A stretch of DNA of 25,526 nt from Candidatus Fermentibacteraceae bacterium (GTDB lineage Bacteria > Fermentibacterota > Fermentibacteria > Fermentibacterales > JCC-6), in contig JAWLEP010000038.1 of NCBI GenBank assembly GCA_041686025.1, positions 1-25,526 of the forward strand. Reading direction: 5' to 3'. This document shows, piece by piece, positions 16,784 to 25,175 of the stretch. Positions within the stretch are counted from its first letter, which is position 1. Each line of letters begins with the position of its first letter. The notes beneath the pieces are model-generated. The model was not told where the DNA came from and made no database searches. It saw only the letters and a list, made by a program, of their open reading frames with translations. Both the position numbers and the translations under genes were made by a program.

Positions 16784-18145
16784 CTAGTGGACCACCAGCT
16801 TCTCCACCATGGCCTGCTCACCCGCATCCAGCCTGCACAGATAGACTCCGGGACAGAGCCCCTTCACCATCACTGTGCGGCAGGTTCCTGAGGCCTCTCC
16901 GGCGAAGAGGCTCCTCACCCGCCGGCCGGAAAGGTCGAAGACGGAAAGGTCCAGCGAACGGCCGGCCGGAGCGGAGAACGTTATCTCCGCCGAACCGGAA
17001 GTCGGGTTGGGAGAGGGCCGGGAGAGACTGATGCCCGAGACCGGCAGAACGCTGGCACCTTCGGTGCCCTCGGGGTATTCGAACCATGCGTAGTAGAGGC
17101 TCCCCTCGTTGGAGTTGCAGTAGGAGATGTGTGGCGCCTCCAGGCTGTCCAGCGCCAGGGACGGGTAGGCGCCCACGTCGCCTTCAGAGTCAACGGTGTA
17201 GCTCGCCCATTGGCTGCCTGTCCAGTAGGTGTAGACGAGATCATGCATGTCCGGATCGTAGTGGGCGATCCGGGGCCTGTCCTGGCTGTCAATGGTCAGC
17301 GACGTGTAGTATCCTCCGGGACAGACGTCCTCTACGTGCCATGTGGAGTCCGCGTCCATATAGGCGTAGGACAGGTAGTGGTTGTCGGCATTGTGACAGG
17401 AGATGTGCGGCCTTCCGTAGCTGTCCAGTGCGATGGAGGTGAAGCGGCCCGGACCATCTTCCGTGATGACTTCGCTGTACCATTCGTTGCCGTCCCAGTA
17501 TGCGTACTTGAGCTGTCCCAGGTTCCCCTCGTAGTGTGAGACGTGAACGTTGTTGCCGTCGTCCAGGGCCAGGGAATTGTTCAGACCGTCAGCATCTCCC
17601 CCCAGCCAGGGCTCCTCGTCGCACCACTGGGTCCCGTCCCAGTAGGTCAGGTTCAGACTTGCCCATCCGATGTCCGCGATGTTCCCGTGGGAGATGTAGG
17701 GCATGTCTCCGGTATCCAGGGCAATCGAAGCGTAGAAGCCTGTGCATAGCGACGAATCCGCCACGGAGACTTCCCACCCCGCTCCGGTCAGCACGGCGTA
17801 CTTCAGCATCTCGTTGTCATAATCCTGGTAGGCTATGTGCGGACAGTCGCCGGAGTCTACGACGATGGAAGTGTGGCGACCCACATCGGTGTCCGGCGAG
17901 TCATCCACGAATTCCGTCTGCCAGGAGCTTCCATCGTAGTGGGCGTACTTCAGGTCCCCTTCCAGTATCTCGCTGTTGTAGTAGGCTATGTGCGGCAAGT
18001 CCTGTGAGTCCAGCGCAAGGGAGCTGTACTTCCCTACGTCATCGCCGGGGTCCACAAGCTCTATCTGCCATCCCTCTGCAGGGGACTCCGAAGCCATGAG
18101 AAACAGGGCTGTGAGGATCACGGCGGCCATGGGCACGCATCTCAT
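16784..18145 (-). CDS. Secreted 7-repeat beta-propeller protein with Ig-like T9SS-type CTD
   Basis: Signal peptide, seven SLALD..PHI(A/S)Y...LKYA..W repeats and CTD PSPNP...VFDLSGRRV...PGVYLCRL...KLVVH. Confidence 0.85.
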   Translation of the reverse strand: MRCVPMAAVILTALFLMASESPAEGWQIELVDPGDDVGKYSSLALDSQDLPHIAYYNSEILEGDLKYAHYDGSSWQTEFVDDSPDTDVGRHTSIVVDSGDCPHIAYQDYDNEMLKYAVLTGAGWEVSVADSSLCTGFYASIALDTGDMPYISHGNIADIGWASLNLTYWDGTQWCDEEPWLGGDADGLNNSLALDDGNNVHVSHYEGNLGQLKYAYWDGNEWYSEVITEDGPGRFTSIALDSYGRPHISCHNADNHYLSYAYMDADSTWHVEDVCPGGYYTSLTIDSQDRPRIAHYDPDMHDLVYTYWTGSQWASYTVDSEGDVGAYPSLALDSLEAPHISYCNSNEGSLYYAWFEYPEGTEGASVLPVSGISLSRPSPNPTSGSAEITFSAPAGRSLDLSVFDLSGRRVRSLFAGEASGTCRTVMVKGLCPGVYLCRLDAGEQAMVEKLVVH

Positions 18146-18301
18146 TCCCTTCCTCCATTCATTTTTCCGGTCCCCTTCCTGCCCCGGAAACCGGTGGGGC
18201 AGTCGAATGTCCTGTATGCCCCGGGCATGCTAACTGGGCTGCAATGCAATATTACGGCTTGCTTCGCTCTTTGTCATGCCTGCCGATTTGTATCTGGGCC
18301 A

Positions 18302-18330
18302 TTGACCCCAGGGCCTTCGCCGGCGACAAT
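18302..18330 (+). promoter_or_regulatory. Putative sigma70-type promoter for prolyl oligopeptidase
   Basis: TTGACC-N17-GACAAT, 50 nt upstream of ATG 18381. Confidence 0.5.
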
Positions 18331-18380
18331 CAGTGGTAACGATGCCGAAATCGAATAACAGCATCCCACATGGAGGAAGC

Positions 18381-20450
18381 ATGGCGCAATCGCGGAAGGA
18401 CCGAATGAGCTACCCCCGTACGGAGAAGCGCGAGGTGGTGGACGAGATACACGGAAGGCGGATAGCCGACCCCTACAGGTGGCTGGAGGACGATACCGCC
18501 GACGAGGTGGAGGACTGGGTACGCCGCCAGAACGAGGTAACCTTCGACTACCTCCGACGCATACCGTTCAGAGAATCACTCAGGGACAGGCTGCGTCAGC
18601 TGATGGACTACCGGCGCTACGGCGCCCCCTTCATCGAGGGGGGCTACACCTACTTCTTCATGAACGAGGGCCTGCAGGACCAGCCGGTGCTGTACCGCCA
18701 GCGCCAAGGCGCCGAGCCCGAGGTGTTCCTCGACCCCAACACCTTCTCCGAAGACGGCTCCACCTTCCTGGCCGGCATAGAGTTCACCCGGGACGGCGGC
18801 CTGGCCGCCTACCAGATCTCGGAGGCGGGCTCGGACTGGCGAAAGGTCTTCGTCATGGACACCGAGAGCAGGGAGCTGCTGGAGGACCGCCTGGACAGCG
18901 TGAAGTTCTCCACCCTGGCCTGGAAGGGCAGGGAGGGCTTCTTCTACAGCTCCTACGAGGAGCCGGGAGGGGGCAGCAGGCTCAGCGCCAGGACCGACAG
19001 GCACCGTCTGCTATACCACCGACTGGGCACGCCCCAGAACGCCGACGAGCTGGTGCTGGGAGGCCAGGAGACGCCCCGGCGCTACATCATCGGGCAGACC
19101 AGCGAGGACGGCCGCTGGCTGGTGGTCTCCGCCGCCGTGTCAACCAAGGGCAACGAGGTCTACATCATGGACCTGGCTTCCCCGGACCCTCAGATGGAGC
19201 AGGTGGTGAAGGGCTTCGAGAACACCCACGCCTTCGTGCACAGCATAGGCGACGATCTCTACTTCCTCACCGACATGAACGCCCCCAACCGCCGGCTGGT
19301 GCGCTTCGCAGCCTCCAGCCACGACCCGGAGGGATGGGAGGACGTCATACCGGAGGCCGGGGAGCCGCTGACGGTCTCCGCCGGGGGCGGCAGCTTCTTT
19401 GCCCGATACCTCCGCGACGCCCTGTCGGCCGTGATCCGCTTCTCCCCCGACGGCCGGCGCCTGGAGGAGCTGGACCTGCCCGGAAAGGGAACGGTGCTGG
19501 GACTGTCGGGGAAGTGGGACCAGTCCACGCTCTACTACCTCTACACGGACTACCTTACGCCGCCTTCCATCTACTCCTACGACACCGGCAGCGGCGAGAC
19601 GACTGTCTTCCGGGAGAGCGGCCTGGACTTCGACCCTTCCCGATACGAGTCGCGGCAGGTCTTCTACCGCTCAGGCGACGGCACCCGGGTTCCGATGATG
19701 CTCACCCACCGCAAGGGCCTGGAGCGCGACGGAGAGAACCCGGCGATGATGTACGGGTACGGTGGCTTCAACAACAGCCTGACGCCCGTCTTCAGGACGT
19801 CTGCGGTGGTCTGGCTGGAGAGCGGCGGCATCTACGCCGTCCCCAACATCCGCGGCGGCGGCGAGTACGGAAGGAGCTGGCACGAGGCCGGCACGAAGAT
19901 GAACCGCCAGAACGTCTTCGACGACTTCATCGCGGCAGCGGAGTACCTTGTAGACGAGGGATACACCTCTCCGGGAAGGCTGGCGATATCCGGAGGCTCC
20001 AACGGAGGCCTGCTGGTGGGGGCCTGCATGACGCAGAGGCCGGAGCTGTTTGCAGTAGTGCTCTCTGCAGTGGGGGTCCTGGACATGATCCGCTACCACA
20101 GGTTCACCGCCGGAGCCGGCTGGGCCTACGACTACGGCACCGCCGACGACAGCCCGGAGATGCTGGACTACCTGCTGGGCTACTCCCCCTACCACAACCT
20201 CGAGGAGGGCACATGCTACCCTGCGACCCTGGTGACCACCGCCGACCATGACGACCGGGTGGTGCCCGCCCACTCCTTCAAGTTCGCCGCCAGGCTCCAG
20301 GAGGTTCAGGGCTGCAGCAGGCCGGTGCTCATACGGGTGGAGACCAGATCCGGCCACGGAGCCGGCAAATCCGTCTCCAAGACCATCGAGGAGCAGGCGG
20401 ACCGCTGGGCCTTTACCTTCCACAACATGGGGGTTGAGCCGAAGCGATAG
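18381..20450 (+). CDS. Prolyl oligopeptidase (peptidase S9A), cytoplasmic
   Basis: DPYRWLED, YGYGGF, RGGGEYG and catalytic GGSNGG (Ser), DDRV (Asp), SGHG (His). ATG 18381 follows GGAGG; no signal peptide. Confidence 0.95.
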   Translation: MAQSRKDRMSYPRTEKREVVDEIHGRRIADPYRWLEDDTADEVEDWVRRQNEVTFDYLRRIPFRESLRDRLRQLMDYRRYGAPFIEGGYTYFFMNEGLQDQPVLYRQRQGAEPEVFLDPNTFSEDGSTFLAGIEFTRDGGLAAYQISEAGSDWRKVFVMDTESRELLEDRLDSVKFSTLAWKGREGFFYSSYEEPGGGSRLSARTDRHRLLYHRLGTPQNADELVLGGQETPRRYIIGQTSEDGRWLVVSAAVSTKGNEVYIMDLASPDPQMEQVVKGFENTHAFVHSIGDDLYFLTDMNAPNRRLVRFAASSHDPEGWEDVIPEAGEPLTVSAGGGSFFARYLRDALSAVIRFSPDGRRLEELDLPGKGTVLGLSGKWDQSTLYYLYTDYLTPPSIYSYDTGSGETTVFRESGLDFDPSRYESRQVFYRSGDGTRVPMMLTHRKGLERDGENPAMMYGYGGFNNSLTPVFRTSAVVWLESGGIYAVPNIRGGGEYGRSWHEAGTKMNRQNVFDDFIAAAEYLVDEGYTSPGRLAISGGSNGGLLVGACMTQRPELFAVVLSAVGVLDMIRYHRFTAGAGWAYDYGTADDSPEMLDYLLGYSPYHNLEEGTCYPATLVTTADHDDRVVPAHSFKFAARLQEVQGCSRPVLIRVETRSGHGAGKSVSKTIEEQADRWAFTFHNMGVEPKR

Positions 20451-20688
20451 AATTGGACGGCGGCGAAGCCTCACCGGCCGCACCGACGACTACGCCTTCG
20501 GCATCTCCCAGCTGCAGACCGCCCGGGCTGCAGTGTCGGAACGGCAGGGCATTCGCAAGAGAACGCCACCGTTGGACTCCGCCTAGACCGGCAGAACGGT
20601 CTCCGGCCGCGACACCATTCGGGGCTCATCCTGTATGAACCGGACGAAACCGGTGCAGGCGGCGGCCGTCACTCCCCTTCCGCCCTGG

Positions 20689-20888
20689 TCAGTGCGCTAC
20701 GGTGACCTTGAGCGCTTGGGGCTGGGTCCTGCCGACCGCACCACGTACACGCCTGGGGCAAGCCCTTCGGCATTCAGGGCAACGCTCCCGTTCCATGCCA
20801 GGTAGAGCCCCTCAGGCCCCTCAACGGCATCGACGTAGGCAAGGGAGGCGCTGACCAGCATGCAGAGCAGTAAGAGAGAGCGTCTCCT
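20689..20888 (-). pseudogene. Collapsed relic of a secreted CTD-bearing gene
   Basis: AAGGAG-N6-AGG (in place of ATG), then RRSLLLLCMLVSASLA (signal-like), about 14 residues, VALNAEGLAPGVYVVRS and, after a frameshift, QALKVTVAH-stop. Confidence 0.6.
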
Positions 20889-21047
20889 TTTTGTCTCCTT
20901 GCTCCAACGGACACACTCCGGCCACTCTGCGAACGAAGAAGCGGCTTGCAGGCCGGGCAATGAGGGAGAACTTTTCGGTATGTGGTGTTTGGGGTAGTGT
21001 AGAGGCAGAGATCGATCCCGCTATCCCCCAACGCAAGGATTCTGGCA

Positions 21048-23063
21048 ATGCAGATATCCGCTCTTCTACTGATGGCGCTGGCACTGCAGGCCGGCCCGCT
21101 CTCATTCTCCGCAGATCCCTCCCAGGTCGATATCGTGCCCTTCATGGATGGAGAGGCTGTCACGATGCCCGGCGGGGCGCCTGCCTTCGAGCCCGGCGAC
21201 CCCCATCTGCCGGGGGTTACCTACTCCCTGGCCCTCCCCCAGGGCACGCGGCTGGCAGACGTGGAGGTGGAGGTGCTCTCTTCGGTGGAGCTGCCGGGGG
21301 TGCACAAGATAGCCCCCGTGGTGGCCCATCCTCTGAGCCGGCCCATTCCCGCCGTAGCCTACAGGTCCGACGCCTACGGAAGCGGCACTTTCCCCGGGGA
21401 TATGGTAAGAAGCATCGATACCGGAACCAAGACGGGCTTCAGAGTAGGGTCGTTCTGCTTCACCCCCGTCTCATGGGACCAGGACACCGGCAGGCTGCAT
21501 CTGGTCACGGAGGCCAGGCTGACTCCAGTGATCGCCGCCGACCCGGACGCACCCGTTCTGGAGCTGTCGGAGCTGCAGATACGGACCGCCATGCGGGGTC
21601 TGGAGGAAATGGTGGAGAACCCCGGCATGCTCACGGAGTACGCTCCGATGCAGAGCGGCGTCCGCGGAACACCGTGGGTGGTGATCGCAGACGAGGCCCA
21701 CCAGGAGACCCTGCAGCCGCTGATCGACCTGCGGGAGACCACGCATGGCGCCTCCTTCGTTTCCACGCAGTGGATATACGCCAGCTTCGAGGGCCGGGAC
21801 ACGCAGGAGCAGATCAGGAACTACCTGAAGGACGCCTACGATAACGACGGCCTGGTGTACGCCCTGATAGTGGGCGACTACGGCGAGACAACCCGCCTGT
21901 CGGGCCTGACCCTGAGCGGGAACACCATGAACGCCACCGCCGACCTCTACTACAGCGACCTCGACGGCGACTGGGACCTGGACGGCGACAGCCAGTTCGG
22001 AGAGCTGGAAGACGCGGTGGACTACTACAGCGACATCTACACCGGCCGGTTCAGTACCGACGTGCCATCCCGCCTGGAGACCATGGTGGAGAAGGCGGTT
22101 GCCTACGAGACCGAGTCCCCCGAAGGTCCCTGGGCCACCACCGCCCTGCTGGCCGGCGCCGGCCTGTGGGTGGACGACCCTCCCGGTTACTGGGGCTCCT
22201 TCGTATGCGACTCCATCGACACCAGGATTCCCGACTCGTGGGATGTGCACAAGCTCTACGAGGACTACGAGTCCCACCCCGACAACCAGATAGAGATCTA
22301 CAACCAGGGCGTCTCCTACAGCAGCGTCAACGGACACGGAAACGCCGGAGGGATCTACTGGTACTACCAGCCGTCAACCGGAATCGTCACCAACTCCAAC
22401 TACAGCGATCTGACCAACCAGGACATGCCCGTGGTCTTTCACTCCATCGCCTGCCATCCCGGGCACCTGGAAAACCTGGCCTGCATCGCCGAGAGGCTGA
22501 TGTTCTGGCCCGACGGCGGGGCGATAGCCGTGATGTTCAACGCCCACTGGGGCATAGGAACGCCGCCGGCCTTCGGGCCCAGCGAGTGGCTGGAGCTCTA
22601 CTTCGCCGACGTCCTGTTCGCCCAGCAGCAGTACGAGCTGGGGGTGGCCCACGCCCTCTCCAAGGACCAGTTCAAGGCCGAGGTGAGCATCACCTGGCAG
22701 CGGTGGATACTGCAGGAGAACAACTACCTTGGCGACCCCGCCCTGCGGTTCGTGGCCGGTCAGACGGGGGTCGGCGGAGATGAGCCCGGGCAGGGACCCC
22801 GACGGCTTGCGCTGGGCACGCCTTGCCCCAACCCGGCCACCGGTAGCTGCGCCATCGGCTACAGCGCCCCGCAGGCCGTGCGGGCCAGGCTGGTGGTGTA
22901 CGACGTGGCCGGCAGAGTGGTCTCCGAGGCTTTCAGCGGAGAGCTTGCCGCCGGCGATGGCGCCCTGGGGCTGGACGTGTCGGGCCTGCCCTCCGGCTGC
23001 TACAGAGCCGTACTTGTATCTCCCGAGGGTATGGCCTCCACCCCGCTGCTGGTGCTCCGCTAG
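21048..23063 (+). CDS. C25-family (gingipain-like) cysteine peptidase with propeptide and Ig-like T9SS-type CTD
   Basis: Signal peptide, propeptide (EPGDPHLP), IRNYLKDAY, LIVGD, DLYYSDLDG, GRF, catalytic NGHGN (His) and SIAC (Cys), LGDP, and CTD PCPNP...YDVAGRVV...PSGCY...LLVLR. Confidence 0.9.
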   Translation: MQISALLLMALALQAGPLSFSADPSQVDIVPFMDGEAVTMPGGAPAFEPGDPHLPGVTYSLALPQGTRLADVEVEVLSSVELPGVHKIAPVVAHPLSRPIPAVAYRSDAYGSGTFPGDMVRSIDTGTKTGFRVGSFCFTPVSWDQDTGRLHLVTEARLTPVIAADPDAPVLELSELQIRTAMRGLEEMVENPGMLTEYAPMQSGVRGTPWVVIADEAHQETLQPLIDLRETTHGASFVSTQWIYASFEGRDTQEQIRNYLKDAYDNDGLVYALIVGDYGETTRLSGLTLSGNTMNATADLYYSDLDGDWDLDGDSQFGELEDAVDYYSDIYTGRFSTDVPSRLETMVEKAVAYETESPEGPWATTALLAGAGLWVDDPPGYWGSFVCDSIDTRIPDSWDVHKLYEDYESHPDNQIEIYNQGVSYSSVNGHGNAGGIYWYYQPSTGIVTNSNYSDLTNQDMPVVFHSIACHPGHLENLACIAERLMFWPDGGAIAVMFNAHWGIGTPPAFGPSEWLELYFADVLFAQQQYELGVAHALSKDQFKAEVSITWQRWILQENNYLGDPALRFVAGQTGVGGDEPGQGPRRLALGTPCPNPATGSCAIGYSAPQAVRARLVVYDVAGRVVSEAFSGELAAGDGALGLDVSGLPSGCYRAVLVSPEGMASTPLLVLR

Positions 23064-23080
23064 TCCGATATCGACTGAGT

Positions 23081-23108
23081 CCTGGGCAGGTGGGTCTACC
23101 TGCCCAGG
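23081..23108 (+). terminator. 11-bp hairpin after the C25 gene
   Basis: CCTGGGCAGGT-GGGTCT-ACCTGCCCAGG; weak U-tract. Confidence 0.55.
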
Positions 23109-23563
23109 CTTACGAACTCCGCCACAGCCCGGGCTTCGGGCGTCGGCACTCTGGACTGCAGTCCGCACCTCCCTCCAGAAAAACCTCGACCAGCCCCGTC
23201 AACGACCCGCCGGTTCCCTCCAGGACCTGACGCCATGACAAGACAGGAATCCCTTACGGTGCGTAATGACTACAATCGCCTCTATCCGAACGTGGCCCCC
23301 TTCAAGTCTCATTGCTGGGCCCTGGAGGCATCGGACTTTCCTGCATTCTCCGACTCGGTGGAGTCGCAAAGCCCGCCGGCCCTCACGAGACAGAGACACC
23401 CCCGACTTGTTACGGCCCGTACGGATACGCTTCCCTGCCGGCACCGATAACACCGTTCTTGCATCGACTTGCTTTTCTGCCGCTTTCTTGAATAGTCTGA
23501 GGGGAGCGGCCGATCAGCTTCTGTGGACGTACTGAACCGGTCTAACAGCTGAGAGGAGAGGAC

Positions 23564-24202
23564 ATGGGGCTTTTTGGAGTTGTGCTCGGTTCGGCAGCCA
23601 TGCTGCTGGGCATCCCGGGGACGGTGGCTGCTGATACCCCGGCAACCGCCGACGGGGACACCTGGTCTGTGGAGACAGATGCCGGGGCCGACGGCTGCAA
23701 CAACGTTGTCCCGGAGGTGCTGGCCGACGAGATCGACCAGAACCAGCCCAGCGGTCCGGTCTACATGGCAGCCTTCAGCCAGACCGACCTCGCCCAGTCC
23801 TTCATGCAGGACAACGCCAACATCTCCGGCGCCGGCATTCTCCTGCAACCAGGGGTAGGCAGCTCCGACAACGTCAACATCGCGGTCTGGGACGACCTGC
23901 CCAACCAGGGCGGCACCATGCTGGCGGAGGCCAATACCACCGGCACCGCCGGGGAATGGGTCGACGTGTTCTGGGAAGCGGTAGCCGTGGACCCGGGCAC
24001 CACCTACTTCCTGGTCTTCGACGGAAACACCTCCCTGGGCATCTCCGGCGACCTCAACAATCCCTACCCCGACGGCTGCGTGTACGCCAACCCCGGATAT
24101 TCCGAGTTCCCCGACTACGACTACGCCTTCCGCACCTACTACGACACCGAGTACGCCCTGAACCGGAGCACCTGGGCCGGCATCAAGGCCTGCTCCTTAT
24201 AG
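23564..24202 (+). CDS. Secreted acidic beta-rich protein (DUF4082-like) with C-terminal TWxxIK motif
   Basis: GAGGAGAGG RBS, signal peptide, GEWVDVFW..VAVDPGTTY motif and tail ALNRSTWAGIKACSL. TTGCTT-N18-TAGTCT lies upstream at 23469-23498. Confidence 0.8.
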   Translation: MGLFGVVLGSAAMLLGIPGTVAADTPATADGDTWSVETDAGADGCNNVVPEVLADEIDQNQPSGPVYMAAFSQTDLAQSFMQDNANISGAGILLQPGVGSSDNVNIAVWDDLPNQGGTMLAEANTTGTAGEWVDVFWEAVAVDPGTTYFLVFDGNTSLGISGDLNNPYPDGCVYANPGYSEFPDYDYAFRTYYDTEYALNRSTWAGIKACSL

Positions 24203-24210
24203 ACCTGCAT

Positions 24211-24241
24211 GGGGAAGCCGGGCTGCCGGCCCGGCTTCCCC
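24211..24241 (+). terminator. 13-bp hairpin after the TWxxIK gene
   Basis: GGGGAAGCCGGGC-TGCCG-GCCCGGCTTCCCC; no U-tract. Confidence 0.6.
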
Positions 24242-24415
24242 CTCACGCTGGCTACCAGTCCTGAACCATGCGCCTGCTCAACGGCCCCTGAACCGGGGGC
24301 CAATCGGGACGCTGCAGTCACCGCCAATCAGGCTGTGGTTCTGTTCTGCGTCTTCTCAATCCTCTCCATATGATCCGGGCAGGCTGGCTTGCCGCAAGTA
24401 CGGTGCGCAGAGGAC

Positions 24416-24444
24416 TTGCCGCGCATCAGACCCGCCATTATCCT
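24416..24444 (+). promoter_or_regulatory. Putative sigma70-type promoter
   Basis: TTGCCG-N17-TATCCT immediately before the GGAGG RBS of the 24459 gene. Confidence 0.5.
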
Positions 24445-24458
24445 GACTATGGAGGTTT

Positions 24459-25175
24459 ATGATGCTCACAGTACTCCTCTTGACCATATCGGGGCTGACC
24501 GCTCAGGCACCATCTCTGCAGTGGGCAATGGAGTTCTTTCCAGACCAGCAGTCCCATTTCACCGAGGTTCTGGAGCACAGCAGCGGAGGCTATGTAGTAT
24601 CAGGATGGGCCAACGGGGCCTGTCTCTTCAAGATCAGCCCCGCCGGTGTGATCGTCTGGCAGTGGAGCCTCGACAGCTGCCAGACACAGTACGCCTACTG
24701 GGTCTCCGAGCTGCCCTCGGGGGACCTTGCGGTAACCGGACGCTGCATGCAGCCGGGGGAAACCAACTTCGCTCCCTTTGCCGCCCGGGTCACATCCTCA
24801 GGCGAGACTGCCTGGCAGAGCATCTTCGACATCAACCCCGAACGAGATGAGTGCGGGCTGTCGGTCTCGGCGCTTCCTTTCGGCAGACTGTTGATATGCG
24901 GCTACTACGACTCCTTCAACATGTACAACGGATACGCCTATATCAGGGTGGTGGACGCCTCTGACGGCGGCCTGATCTGGCAGAAGGCATGGGGCAGCAG
25001 CTCCGCCACCAACTTCGCCCTCAGGGGACTCTGGTCCGATGGCGTGATACGCATACTGGCCCACGGCACGGACGGGGGAACCGGCGCCGCCCATGTCCTG
25101 TGGTACGACGATGATGGCTACTACCTCGGGCGTCGCCGCATCAGCGCGTTCGTCTCCTACTACACCGGGCAGGGC
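24459..25175 (+). pseudogene. 5' part of a secreted beta-propeller gene interrupted by an IS
   Basis: Signal peptide and repeats (SGGYVVSG, SGDLAVTG, G..xW). Repeat pattern and codon style break after codon 239, so the rest of the 340-aa ORF is read-through into the IS end. Confidence 0.7.

Noticed and set aside
23110..23345. RNase P RNA-like GGAAAGTCC...CTCCAGGGC on the minus strand
   Set aside because: The other conserved blocks, including the 3' ACAGAAnnCGGCTTA that closes P4, are missing.
23340..23430. c-di-GMP-I riboswitch-like GTCGCAAAGCC upstream of the TWxxIK gene
   Set aside because: Lacks the 5' GGCAAA motif and GNRA-capped stem, and lies upstream of the likely promoter at 23469-23498. 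An RF01051 scan would settle it.
23199..23535. Small ORFs in the spacer between the C25 and TWxxIK genes
   Set aside because: No RBS, recognisable motif or typical codon pattern. The ~450-nt spacer remains unexplained.
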